Below are positions 8,329 through 18,054 of a DNA stretch of 64,000 bases, one piece after another. Source of the stretch: Candidatus Poribacteria bacterium (GTDB lineage Bacteria; Poribacteria; WGA-4E; GCA-2687025); NCBI GenBank assembly GCA_963665845.2, contig OY762492.1, forward strand, positions 384,001 through 448,000. The letters run 5' to 3'. The position numbers were made by a program, and so were the translations under genes. Under the pieces are notes generated by a model that was given only the letters and a program-made list of their open reading frames with translations, was not told the origin of the DNA and did no database searches. The stretch's first letter is position 1; each line of letters starts with the position of its first letter.

Positions 8329-9441
8329 ATGGCGCAAGCATACACGCCGGGTTTGACGGTCGCGCGGCGGGCGGCGGTGCGGAAGATGCGCAAGCTGCCG
8401 TTGCCGGGCGAAACGCTTGTGAAGGTCGGCGACGCGGTCGAGGCGGACTCGGTTGTCGCGCGGACAAATCTTCCAGGGGACGCGCATCCGTTGAACCTGT
8501 CGCGCGCGTTGAACGTTCCCGAATCGGATGTGGAGCGGCATCTGCTGGTGAAGCTGGGCGAGCCGTTTCAAAAAGGCGCGCTCATCGCCGAGACGAAGGG
8601 CTTTTTTGGTCTGTTTAAATCGCGCTGCGCCGCCCCCGTGGACGGCTCGCTTGAAACCGTCTCGACCGTGACGGGGCAGGCGATCCTGCGCGAACCGCCC
8701 AAGCCGCTGGAGGCGCGCGCCTATGTGAAAGGCGTTGTCGTCGAGACGCTGGAGGACGAAGGCGCCGTCGTTGAAATGGAGGGCGCGTTCATTCAGGGCA
8801 TTCTGGGCGTCGGCGGAGAAACGCATGGCGAGCTGGTCCTGGCAGCTGAACGCGGCGAGGAACTGACCGCCGAGAAGGTGTCGCCGATGCATGAAGGAAA
8901 AGTACTCATCGTCGGCGGAAGCGTCCGCGCGGACGCTCTAGAAAAGGCGGCTGAAATCGGGGCGGCGGGGATCGCGGCGGGATGCATCGACGCGGCGGAC
9001 CTGCGCGATTGCCTCGGATATGAGCTGGGAGTCGCTGTCACAGGCGCGGAAGAGATTGGGCTGACCGCCATCGTCACGGAAGGGTTTGGACGCATCGACA
9101 TGGCGGAAAAAACCTTTCAGCTGTTGACCTCGCTGGAAGGGCGCCCGGCGTCCATGAACGGCGCGACGCAGATACGCGCCGGCGTGACCCGACCGGAGAT
9201 CCTGGTTCCGATGGAGGGGGAGGGCGAAGCGTATTCGGCGTCCGCGCTGACGCTTGAGACGGGGGCGGCGGCGCGCGTCATTCGGGAGCCGCGCTTCGGC
9301 GAAACGGGCGAAATTGCGGAGCTGCCGGTTGAGCTGCAGGAGATCGAGACGGGCGCGCGGGTGCGCGTCGCGGTGGTGCGTCTGCAGAACGGCGACGAAA
9401 TCGCGCTCCCAAGAGCGAACATTGAACTGATTGGCGGCTAG
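8329..9441 (+). CDS. Hypothetical protein adjacent to GlmL (barrel-sandwich-like segments, KOW-like C-terminus)
   Basis: 370-aa ORF 7 nt after the GlmL-like gene; LVKVGDAV and LVKLGEPF segments; C-terminal RVIREPRFGETGEI. Confidence 0.75.
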   Translation: MAQAYTPGLTVARRAAVRKMRKLPLPGETLVKVGDAVEADSVVARTNLPGDAHPLNLSRALNVPESDVERHLLVKLGEPFQKGALIAETKGFFGLFKSRCAAPVDGSLETVSTVTGQAILREPPKPLEARAYVKGVVVETLEDEGAVVEMEGAFIQGILGVGGETHGELVLAAERGEELTAEKVSPMHEGKVLIVGGSVRADALEKAAEIGAAGIAAGCIDAADLRDCLGYELGVAVTGAEEIGLTAIVTEGFGRIDMAEKTFQLLTSLEGRPASMNGATQIRAGVTRPEILVPMEGEGEAYSASALTLETGAAARVIREPRFGETGEIAELPVELQEIETGARVRVAVVRLQNGDEIALPRANIELIGG

Positions 9442-9468
9442 CAAGGGAAGGGACGCCCCGCCGGCGCG

Positions 9469-10581
9469 TCATTCGCTGTCTTGCGAAGTTGAACTATTCG
9501 GGCTGCTGTCCGCTTCTTTCAACGCTCCCCATGGCGCTTTTTTTTTACCCGCTGGATCAACGGAGAGAAAGCGGCTCTTGCCCGCCAAGACCCATGTTGC
9601 ATTGATTGCTGCTACGCCTTGCTTGATGAGATGAATCTCCTTCGTCTCAATATGCATGCGGTACAGCCCGCCAAGACGCCCCCCGTCCGCTTGACGAGAG
9701 TAGTGACTGTAAACAAGCCATTTGCTGTCCGGCGACCAACACTTCGGAAAATCTCCGGTGTCGTTGAAGGTGAGCCGCTGGACATTGGAGCCGTCAGGAC
9801 GCATCACATACATCTCCGCAGAATCAGGGGTTTCGCTGAAGGGAGCCTCCGGCAGATAAGACTGAAACGCGATCCATTTCCCGTCCGGCGACCATACCGC
9901 CGGCTCTGAGGAGAGCGGCATATTCGTCAGCTTGACGCGGTTTTTGCCGTCCGCCGCGTCGATCGTGTAGATGTCCCGGTACAACTCCGTGGTAGCGTCA
10001 AACGCGATTTTTTTACCGTCCGGCGACCAGTTGGGGCGCCAGTTGGAAGCGGACCGCTTACGAGTCAAATTGACCAACCTGCCGGTGTCAACGCGCAGTT
10101 TGTAGATGTCGGAGCCGCGTCCAATGCGCGCCGTGCCTGCCATCGCAAGCCATCTGCCGTCCGGCGACCAGTTGAGATGGATAAAATCCAAATCGCGCGG
10201 AAGCAGGTCATAGAGGCTCGTTTCTTTCCCCCTTTCTAAATCAAGGATGTACGGCGCATAGACTCCTTTAATGGAATCGATCGCGACGACCGCCGCCCGT
10301 TTCCCATCCAGCGACCATTGCGGCGCGAAAGACAACCCGACCTCTCTAGTTCCGCGCATCCAGAGCCGGTCGTTTTGCCCGTCCAGATCCACCAGCCGAA
10401 TCTCTTCTATGTACGGGTCGTCAACAGCTCTTGCAAAATATGAGATGGTCGGCTTGTCCAGCGTCGTCACATCCTCAAGCACTCTCGCCAACGGAGGTAC
10501 CCCGACCGCCTGCGGCGCGCTGAGCCATAGCAAAGCGGACGCCGCCGCTCCAAGACGAAGAAAGCGAACGAGAAACCGCAT
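9469..10581 (-). CDS. Secreted TolB-like (PD40) beta-propeller protein with C-terminal VDPAGKxxxxWGxLK motif
   Basis: Repeated WSPDG; signal peptide from ATG 10581, which has an AGGAG RBS. Confidence 0.85.
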   Translation of the reverse strand: MRFLVRFLRLGAAASALLWLSAPQAVGVPPLARVLEDVTTLDKPTISYFARAVDDPYIEEIRLVDLDGQNDRLWMRGTREVGLSFAPQWSLDGKRAAVVAIDSIKGVYAPYILDLERGKETSLYDLLPRDLDFIHLNWSPDGRWLAMAGTARIGRGSDIYKLRVDTGRLVNLTRKRSASNWRPNWSPDGKKIAFDATTELYRDIYTIDAADGKNRVKLTNMPLSSEPAVWSPDGKWIAFQSYLPEAPFSETPDSAEMYVMRPDGSNVQRLTFNDTGDFPKCWSPDSKWLVYSHYSRQADGGRLGGLYRMHIETKEIHLIKQGVAAINATWVLAGKSRFLSVDPAGKKKAPWGALKEADSSPNSSTSQDSE

Positions 10582-10594
10582 GGTTCTTCTCCTG

Positions 10595-11758
10595 TCATTT
10601 GAGAGCGTCAGGGAGGTTGGGGTTGAGGCTTTCTTCTTCCTTGCCTGTCGGAATCGGAAGCGGGTCCGACGCATCTGGATCGTAGAACGCTTTTTCGCTT
10701 TCCACCTCTGCAGCCTGATTGCCTTCGCCAAAATTTGTGTAGGCAAAAACATGGTACTCCTTGTCTGGTTTCAATATCTGCGGTGTGTCCATCGGCAATG
10801 GCTCGCTCTCCCAGAATGATGGCGCTGCGGAGAACAACTTATCTTTCGAAAAGTTCAATAAATCAACAGGATCTCCATTTTCATACCACCCGGCTTTGCG
10901 CCGCAATGTCAAATCATTCGGACGCCCGTCGTAATAGTATTCGATGATGTGACCGCTCGTGAAAACGTACTCGTGGTTAGGATGTTTGGAAAAACTCTCA
11001 ACCCGCGAGACCATGCGGCGCCACAGAAAACCGTAGCCGGAGAACACGGTGACAGTGATTTCGTCGTCGTCGCTGGGGAGGGGACCATTCGTGTTGATCC
11101 CGTAAACGACCGCTTCGACCTTGACAACTTTGCCGTTTCGATTGCCGCTCGAAAATGTCCATGTCAGCTCGCTTCTTAAAGCGGGGCCTGAGTCCGTTCT
11201 CTGGTATTTTCCGTCAACATACCAGTTGACGTACCAGAAGCCGACATCTGTCTCGATGGATAAGTCGAGAGAGTTGCTCCTAACGATGCGGGAGTCAGAC
11301 GTTTTCGAAAGAATGCTGATGGATTTCGACGACGACCAAGCGTTAAAGGTGATCGAATTGGACGCTGTGTTGCCGTGTAAGTCGGTCACTTTTGCCGTGA
11401 TCTTGACAGGTTTTCCTCGAGGTCCGCCGAATCCGTCGTAGGCGCGCGTAAAAGTGCTTGACAATTCGAGACCGTGCTGTATTTTAGACGGGTTTTCATC
11501 ATCGTTAATGAACCATTCGACTTTCACATAAAACCCGCGCGCCCTGACCGTTGTTGTGTGCATATAGCTTTCAATGACCTCTTCCTCAGACACCGTCATT
11601 GTTAAGGGCCCAAGAGCGGCGCTCGGTTGCGCGCAGACGAAGAAAACGCCCGACGCCGCAACGAGGAAGATCAGAGCGGCTTCAGTCAGCCGACTGACGC
11701 GAGAAGGGGGTCCAGCGGACACATCATGACGGTCGGTTCGTCCGAGAAGCGCGAACAT
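10595..11758 (-). CDS. Hypothetical secreted protein with two related Ig-like segments (start uncertain)
   Basis: Long ORF, hydrophobic signal segment, internal similarity GFYVKVEWFIND/GFWYVNWYVDG and GKPVKITAKV/GKVVKVEAVV. Confidence 0.65.
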   Translation of the reverse strand: MFALLGRTDRHDVSAGPPSRVSRLTEAALIFLVAASGVFFVCAQPSAALGPLTMTVSEEEVIESYMHTTTVRARGFYVKVEWFINDDENPSKIQHGLELSSTFTRAYDGFGGPRGKPVKITAKVTDLHGNTASNSITFNAWSSSKSISILSKTSDSRIVRSNSLDLSIETDVGFWYVNWYVDGKYQRTDSGPALRSELTWTFSSGNRNGKVVKVEAVVYGINTNGPLPSDDDEITVTVFSGYGFLWRRMVSRVESFSKHPNHEYVFTSGHIIEYYYDGRPNDLTLRRKAGWYENGDPVDLLNFSKDKLFSAAPSFWESEPLPMDTPQILKPDKEYHVFAYTNFGEGNQAAEVESEKAFYDPDASDPLPIPTGKEEESLNPNLPDALK

Positions 11759-11973
11759 GAGTTTTTCAGGCGTTTCATTTGATCGTCGTACTTTTCGGCG
11801 TTTGACTTTGGATGCATACGGCTCATCCGTCTGTACATATCCTGCCATAAGTTGTTCTCCCGTGTCAACGTCTTTCAATGCGAGCGAATCAAGCCGCGTT
11901 TGCCGTTCAGCCGTCGGCGCTGTATCATATATGCAGCGAATCGCAGCCCGAAGCTTCAAACGAAAGAGCGTTC

Positions 11974-13101
11974 TTGTTAGCAGCTTTTGACGCCCATTTG
12001 ACCCAGCGCGTCGTCTTCGGAGACGGCGCCGTCTCGCAGCTCGGCAGCCTCGTCAAAGAAATGGGGGCGCGGCGCATCCTGCTCGTCTCCGACATGGGCA
12101 TCGTCCAGGCGGGCATACTCCACAGAGCGCAGGATTCCTTAGACAAATCGAAGATCGAACATGCCGACTTCAAAGAAACGGAGCCGAATCCCGAAGCCTG
12201 TCAAGTGGAGCGCGCCGCGCAATTCGCGCGCGACGCCGGCCCCTTCGACCTGATTGCCGCCGTCGGCGGCGGAAGCGTTATGGACTGCGCAAAGGGGGTC
12301 AACTTTCTGCTCGCCAACGGCGGAACGATGCGCGATTACTGGGGCTTCGGCAAAGCGAATAAGCCGATGCTCCCCTCCATCGGCGTCCCGACCACCGCCG
12401 GAACCGGCAGCGAGGCGCAGTCGTACGCGATCATCTCGGACGACAAAACGAAACGCAAGATGGCATGCGGCGACCCGAAGGCGCGCTTCCATGCCGTCAT
12501 CCTGGACCCGTCCCTCGCCGCGAGCGCGCCTAGGGGCGTCTCTGCCGCCGCGGGAATCGACGCCGTCTCCCATGCGCTTGAAAGCTATGTTTGCTTGCGC
12601 CGCAATCCGCTGTCGCAGATGTATTCGCGCGAGGCATGGCGGCTCATGGAAAAAAACCTTGAAACGGCGCTTGCCGACCCGTCCAACATACAGGCGCGCG
12701 CGGGAACGCTTCTCGGCGCGTATTACGCCGGCATGGGCATCGAACTCTCCATGCTCGGCGCCGCGCATGCGATGGCGAATCCGCTCACGGCGCGGTATCG
12801 GATCGCGCACGGGGAGGCCGTCGCTTTGACACTTCCGCCCGTCATCCGCCACAACCGGCAAACCGCCGGCGATCTTTACGACGAGCTGGCGCAGACGGCG
12901 GGCATCGCTTGCCCCGTTGAGGAGCGTTTTTTGGAATTGCGAGCCGCCGCGCAGCTGACGGAACGGCTGCGCGACCGAGGCATACCTTCAGCCGACCTGC
13001 CTGACCTTGCCGCCCGCGCGGCAGAAGAGTGGACAGCCAACTTCAACCCGCATCCCGTCGATTCGACCTCGCTGCGCTGTCTCTATGAACAAGCGTATTA
13101 A
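11974..13101 (+). CDS. Iron-containing alcohol dehydrogenase family protein
   Basis: GGGSVMD, PTTAGTGSE, DAVSHALE, HAMA..L....HG metal ligands; probable TTG start. Confidence 0.92.
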   Translation: MLAAFDAHLTQRVVFGDGAVSQLGSLVKEMGARRILLVSDMGIVQAGILHRAQDSLDKSKIEHADFKETEPNPEACQVERAAQFARDAGPFDLIAAVGGGSVMDCAKGVNFLLANGGTMRDYWGFGKANKPMLPSIGVPTTAGTGSEAQSYAIISDDKTKRKMACGDPKARFHAVILDPSLAASAPRGVSAAAGIDAVSHALESYVCLRRNPLSQMYSREAWRLMEKNLETALADPSNIQARAGTLLGAYYAGMGIELSMLGAAHAMANPLTARYRIAHGEAVALTLPPVIRHNRQTAGDLYDELAQTAGIACPVEERFLELRAAAQLTERLRDRGIPSADLPDLAARAAEEWTANFNPHPVDSTSLRCLYEQAY

Positions 13102-14233
13102 ACAGCAGGCAAACGCGCTTCTGGCGCTTCTCTTCTTGACGCTGTCGGCGTCCGCGGAGGAGAGCAAAGACAGCTGGCTCAACTTTCGAGGCGGACCGCA
13201 ATTAAAAGGAGCCGCCCAAAGCGAACTGCCCGATCAACTGGAGCGGATCTGGACATTCATGACGAAAGGAAGCGTTGAATCGACCGCGGCGATCCATGAC
13301 GGAACGGTCTATGTCGGCTCCGGCGATGGCAAACTGTACGCGCTTCATCTTTCGGACGGTACCGAAAAATGGCATTTTGACGCGGGCAGCCCCGTCAACT
13401 CCTCCCCGACCTACCATGAAGGCGCGCTCTATTTCGGCAGCGAGGAGGGCCTCTTTTTTGCCGTCCATGCCGAGAGCGGCGGAGAGATATGGCGCGTTGA
13501 AACGGCGGGCGAGATCTACTCCGGCGCGCTTGTCGTGAAAGAGCGCGTCCTCTTTGGATCGTACGACGGATACCTGCGCGGCGTCTCCATTGAAAACGGC
13601 GACGAAATTTGGAAAGTAGAAACGGACAATTACATCCATGCCAGCCCCGCGTCTTCTGATCTGGGCGCGGTCGTCGCGGGCTGCGACGGCGTCCTGCGCG
13701 CCGTGGATCCGATCACCGGCGCGGAAACACTGAACCTGAACCTGGAAGATTACATCGGCTCCAGCGCCGCAGTGGACGGAAAGACCGCCTTTCTCGCCTC
13801 TTACGGCGCGCGCGCTCTCGCCGTCGATCTGGAGAAAGCGGACATTCTTTGGGAATACCAACATCCGACGCGCCAGTTTCCGTTCCTCGCCTCCGGCGCC
13901 TTGACCGATAAACTATATATCGTCGGCGGACGCGACAAGACGATGCATGCCATCGACCGCAAGACTGGACAGCCTGTATGGACGAAACCTGTCGGCTCCA
14001 AGATCGACTCCTCGCCTGTGACGGCGGGCGGGCGCGTCTTTTTTGGAACGGCGGGCGGCGAATTAACGGCGCTGCGTTTGACAGACGGCGAGATGGTGTG
14101 GCAATATGAAATTGGCGCCGACATCGCCGCTTCGCCGAGCGTCGCGTCCAATAAACTGGTCATCGGCGCCGACGACGGCGTCGTCTACTGCTTTGGAAGC
14201 TTAAAAAATGAAGGAAACTCTGAATATCGTTAA
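13085..14233 (+). CDS. Secreted PQQ-binding-like (BamB-type) beta-propeller protein
   Basis: Signal peptide, WxxFRG motif, repeated YALxxxDGxxxW / SSP blades. Confidence 0.88.
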   Translation: MNKRIKQQANALLALLFLTLSASAEESKDSWLNFRGGPQLKGAAQSELPDQLERIWTFMTKGSVESTAAIHDGTVYVGSGDGKLYALHLSDGTEKWHFDAGSPVNSSPTYHEGALYFGSEEGLFFAVHAESGGEIWRVETAGEIYSGALVVKERVLFGSYDGYLRGVSIENGDEIWKVETDNYIHASPASSDLGAVVAGCDGVLRAVDPITGAETLNLNLEDYIGSSAAVDGKTAFLASYGARALAVDLEKADILWEYQHPTRQFPFLASGALTDKLYIVGGRDKTMHAIDRKTGQPVWTKPVGSKIDSSPVTAGGRVFFGTAGGELTALRLTDGEMVWQYEIGADIAASPSVASNKLVIGADDGVVYCFGSLKNEGNSEYR

Positions 14234-15569
14234 GCCGGAACCGGCGACCACGCGGCTCGATTCCAAAACAACGGACATCGGCAGCGTCTTCGTCTCGAAC
14301 TATCCGCCGTATTCGTTTTGGAACGCGGACGCCGTTTCAGAAGCGCATGCCGTTCTGAACGCGCCGCCGCCTGAGGACGCGCCCGCGCCGCTTCTCGGCC
14401 TCTACATGCATATCCCGTTCTGCCGTAAGCGGTGCAAGTTCTGCTACTTCCGCGTTTATACCGACAAAAACGCGCGGGATATTGAAACCTACACGAACGC
14501 GCTGGCGGCTGAAGTCGAGACCTACGCCGCGCTTCCGCGCATCGAGAACCGACCGCTTCATTTTGTGTATTTCGGCGGAGGGACGCCTTCTTACATCAGC
14601 TCGCGCCATTTGAAGCAGCTGACGGATCGGGTCAAGGCGGTCATGCCGTGGGACAAAGCGGAGGAGGTCGCTTTTGAATGCGAGCCAGGGACGCTGACGC
14701 AATCGAAGGTCGCCGCGATCAAGGATATTGGCGTTACGAGGTTGAGCCTCGGCGTTGAAAACCTGAACGACGACATCCTGCGCGAAAACGGACGCGCGCA
14801 CATCTCTAAAGAGGTGTACCGCGTCATGCCCTGGGTTCTGGACGCGCAGTTTGACCAGCTGAACGTCGACCTCATCGCGGGGATGATTGGGGAAACCTGG
14901 GAGAACTGGCGCGATACGGTTCAAAAAACCATCGATCTGAACGCGGACAGCGTGACGGTTTATCAGCTGGAGCTGCCGCACAACACGGTCTATTCGCGCG
15001 ATCTCAAAACGGGCGAAATGGTGGAGACGGCGGTCGCCACATGGGACGAGAAGCGGGAATGGCACGCTCACGCTTTTGAGCAGTTTTGCGCCGCCGGGTA
15101 TGAGATTTCCAGCGCCTATACGGTCATCAAAAAAGAGAACGCGCATGGGTTCGTTTATCGGGACGCGGTCTGGACAGGGCAAGACCTGATGGGCGCGGGC
15201 GTCGCGTCTTTCTCGCATGTCGGCGGCGTTCATTTTCAGAATGCGCCGCACTGGGACGGGTATCTGGAGCCGGCGGCGGAAGGACGGCTGCCGATTCAGC
15301 GCGCCTTCAAGCCGACCGAGGAGGAGCGGGTCGCGCGGCAGATGATTCTTCAGCTGAAACTGGGACAGCTGGAGGCGCAGCCGTTCCGCGACCAGTTCGG
15401 CGTCGACATCATTGAACGCAACCGAGAGCCGCTAGAACGGCTGCGCGAGGAAGGCATGCTGGAATTCGACACGGAGCGAATCCAGCTGACGCATGCGGGC
15501 TTCCTGCGCGTCGACCAGCTGTTGCCGGAGTTTTACGCCGAAAAATACCGCAACTCGCGCTACACCTGA
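14208..15569 (+). CDS. HemN-like (class C) radical SAM enzyme
   Basis: YMHIPFCRKRCKFC 4Fe-4S motif, YFGGGTPS, RLSLGV, NVDLIAG. Confidence 0.9.
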   Translation: MKETLNIVKPEPATTRLDSKTTDIGSVFVSNYPPYSFWNADAVSEAHAVLNAPPPEDAPAPLLGLYMHIPFCRKRCKFCYFRVYTDKNARDIETYTNALAAEVETYAALPRIENRPLHFVYFGGGTPSYISSRHLKQLTDRVKAVMPWDKAEEVAFECEPGTLTQSKVAAIKDIGVTRLSLGVENLNDDILRENGRAHISKEVYRVMPWVLDAQFDQLNVDLIAGMIGETWENWRDTVQKTIDLNADSVTVYQLELPHNTVYSRDLKTGEMVETAVATWDEKREWHAHAFEQFCAAGYEISSAYTVIKKENAHGFVYRDAVWTGQDLMGAGVASFSHVGGVHFQNAPHWDGYLEPAAEGRLPIQRAFKPTEEERVARQMILQLKLGQLEAQPFRDQFGVDIIERNREPLERLREEGMLEFDTERIQLTHAGFLRVDQLLPEFYAEKYRNSRYT

Positions 15570-16813
15570 TCAACCGCCGAAGCGGAGCGGAGAAAGGCGT
15601 TCAAGCCTGTGAGCGCCGTTTCCACTTCGTCCGTATAAACATATCCGCTCAATATGTCGGCGACGCCCATTCGGCATTCGGGGCGCTCCGTGAGGAAACG
15701 GGAGAAGCTGAACTCTTTCATGTAAAAGGCGTAGATCAGCTGGCGAAACGCTTCCATCCCTTCGTCCAGTTTCGCGCCGAACGCGCCGAGGCGTTCGGCG
15801 GAGAGATCGCCCGTTTGAATCGCGTCAACCGCCGCGTCCGCCGCCCATTCGCCCGACTGCAGCGCCAGATAGACGCCGGACGAGTAGATCGGGTCAAGAA
15901 AGCCGTATGCGTCTCCGATCAACACCCAGCCTGGACCGGCAATCTGACTGGAGCGGTAGGAAAAATCTTTCGTCGTCTTCATCGGAAAGGCTTGTCGGGA
16001 ACCGTTCAGCCGTTCTTGCAGCGGCTTGCACTTTTCTAATTCGCGCTGAAAAATCTGCTCGGCGCTCAAGGAGCGGTCGCTGAAAAGATCGTCGATGGAA
16101 CCGACGGCGCCGACGCTCACATGATCGCGCGGCAGCGGAATATACCAGAACCAGGAATCTTTGCCGCGCGCGCTGAGAATCAACGTCGCTCCTTCGTCAA
16201 TACCTTCATCCCGATGCGCGCCGATAAAATGCGTGTACACCGCCGCCTTGCGCAGCCGCGGATCTGGTTCGCAGATCTTCATACGGCGCGGCGTCAAGGC
16301 GCTTTGCCCCGTCGCGTCCATGAGAACCTTTGAACCTATCTCCGTTTCCTCTCCGTTCGGGAGCTTCGCGCGGACGCCGACAGCGCGTTCGCCGTCAAAA
16401 AGGGCGTTCAAAACACGCGCCCCTTGTACGACGCATGCGCCTTTCTCGACAGCGTTTTGAAGCAGCATTTCGTCAAAATCGGCGCGAAGAACCTGCCACG
16501 TTACGGACTGGTCGCCGGGTCGGCTTTCAAAAAAATAGAACGGGCGGGACGCTTTCCCGGAACTGGAGAAAAACTGAACGCTGTATTTACGGGGAAACTC
16601 CGCCGCGTTCAGCTTCTCCACCATGCCGAGGCGTTTTAATGTGGCGTAGGTGCCTGGTATGAGCGATTCGCCCACTTTGAAGGTTGGCTGTTGAGAGCGC
16701 TCCAGCAGCAGCGTTTGAACGCCCGCTTCAGCCGCCAGCGCCGCCGCGGTGGAACCTGCCGGCCCGCCGCCGGCGACAATCAGATCGTACCTGTTTTCGA
16801 TGGGCGTGTTCAT
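15560..16813 (-). CDS. Flavin-dependent halogenase-like FAD oxidoreductase
   Basis: GGGPAG, KVGES, WFWYIP (WxWxIP) and GDAYGFLDPIYSSG motifs. Confidence 0.8.
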   Translation of the reverse strand: MNTPIENRYDLIVAGGGPAGSTAAALAAEAGVQTLLLERSQQPTFKVGESLIPGTYATLKRLGMVEKLNAAEFPRKYSVQFFSSSGKASRPFYFFESRPGDQSVTWQVLRADFDEMLLQNAVEKGACVVQGARVLNALFDGERAVGVRAKLPNGEETEIGSKVLMDATGQSALTPRRMKICEPDPRLRKAAVYTHFIGAHRDEGIDEGATLILSARGKDSWFWYIPLPRDHVSVGAVGSIDDLFSDRSLSAEQIFQRELEKCKPLQERLNGSRQAFPMKTTKDFSYRSSQIAGPGWVLIGDAYGFLDPIYSSGVYLALQSGEWAADAAVDAIQTGDLSAERLGAFGAKLDEGMEAFRQLIYAFYMKEFSFSRFLTERPECRMGVADILSGYVYTDEVETALTGLNAFLRSASAVDQV

Positions 16814-18054
16814 GTTGTCTCCGCGCGTTTATCCGTTACGCGGCGCGCCTTCAACTCAAAGCGGGGCAGTTCTCCCGCCGCCGCCCGCTCCACTGCCGCG
16901 CTCAATCCCAAGGCGGAGCGGAACGCATGACCTATTTTTTCAAGCGTCTCTCCGCCCCCTTCTTTCAGCTCAACGCGCAGCGTTACAACGTCCAACGCGC
17001 CTGGGCGGCTGACCTCCACCGCATACTCTGCAACCTGCGGAAAACGGCGGACGACCGCCTCGATAGAGCTTGGAAAGACGACGACGCCGCGTATCAAAAG
17101 CGCGTCGTCCACCCGCCCGACGACGCCGCCGTCCAGCCTACGGGAGCCGTCTTCCTTCAACCAGCGGACATGATCGCCTGTGCGGTAACGGATGATCGGC
17201 ATGCCGATGCGCCCAAGGTTCGTTACGATCAGCTCGCCTTCGTTTGCCTGCTCCCCTGTTTCTGGATCGATGATCTCAAAGATGAACTCCGCCTCGTTCA
17301 GACGCATTCCCGCTTCCGCCTCGCTGGTGTAGCCCCATGCGCCGACCTCCGTCGCGCCGGCGTGGTCAAAACATTTGGCGCCCCATGCCGTTTCAATCGC
17401 CTTTTTCGCGGCAGGGATGGAGGCGCCCGGCTCTCCCGCGTGTATCGTTGCGCGGACGGCGGACGAGGCGATGTCCATGCCGCCCGCTTCGGCGACTTCA
17501 GCCAAACGCAGCGCATAGGTGGGCGTCGAGATTAAAACGGTCGCTTCGTTGGAGAGAATCGCGTCGATGCGCTGTTCGGAGGACATCGCGCCGCCGGGCA
17601 GCGCCAGCGCGCCGATGCGCCGCGCGCCCTCATACGCGCTCCAAAACCCGATGAACGGCCCAAACGAAAAGGCGAAAAAGACGCGGTCATGGCGCGTCAC
17701 GCCGGCGGCGCGGTACACCTCCGCCCAGCAGTCGCCCCACCAGTTCCAGCTCTCTTCGGTGTCAAGCCAGCGCAGCGGCCGCCCCGTTGTGCCGGAGGTT
17801 TTATGAATGCGGATATACGCATCGGGCGCGTAAGTCAGATTCGTTCCGTAGGGCGGATGTTGAATCTGGTCGTCTGACAGCTCCGTTTTTTCGGTGAAGG
17901 GAAGTTGTCGGTACGCCTCCATCGAGTCGACGCGCGCGTCCGCGCCAAGCTTGCGCTTGTAAAAGGCGTTCGACGGCAAAATGCGCTCAAGAGCGGCGTT
18001 CAGCCGTTTCAGTTGACGCCGTTCAATGTCATCCCTGCCGCGCAGTTCAGTCAT
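16810..18054 (-). CDS. Phenylacetate-CoA ligase (PaaK) family aryl-CoA ligase
   Basis: TSGTTGRP, AGEPG, DHAGATE, IRYRTGD and GRVDD motifs. Confidence 0.9.
   Translation of the reverse strand: MTELRGRDDIERRQLKRLNAALERILPSNAFYKRKLGADARVDSMEAYRQLPFTEKTELSDDQIQHPPYGTNLTYAPDAYIRIHKTSGTTGRPLRWLDTEESWNWWGDCWAEVYRAAGVTRHDRVFFAFSFGPFIGFWSAYEGARRIGALALPGGAMSSEQRIDAILSNEATVLISTPTYALRLAEVAEAGGMDIASSAVRATIHAGEPGASIPAAKKAIETAWGAKCFDHAGATEVGAWGYTSEAEAGMRLNEAEFIFEIIDPETGEQANEGELIVTNLGRIGMPIIRYRTGDHVRWLKEDGSRRLDGGVVGRVDDALLIRGVVVFPSSIEAVVRRFPQVAEYAVEVSRPGALDVVTLRVELKEGGGETLEKIGHAFRSALGLSAAVERAAAGELPRFELKARRVTDKRAETT

Noticed and set aside
14208-15569. Calling the radical SAM gene hemN or hemW
   Set aside because: No heme-pathway context, and the family includes many non-HemN activities, so no symbol was assigned.
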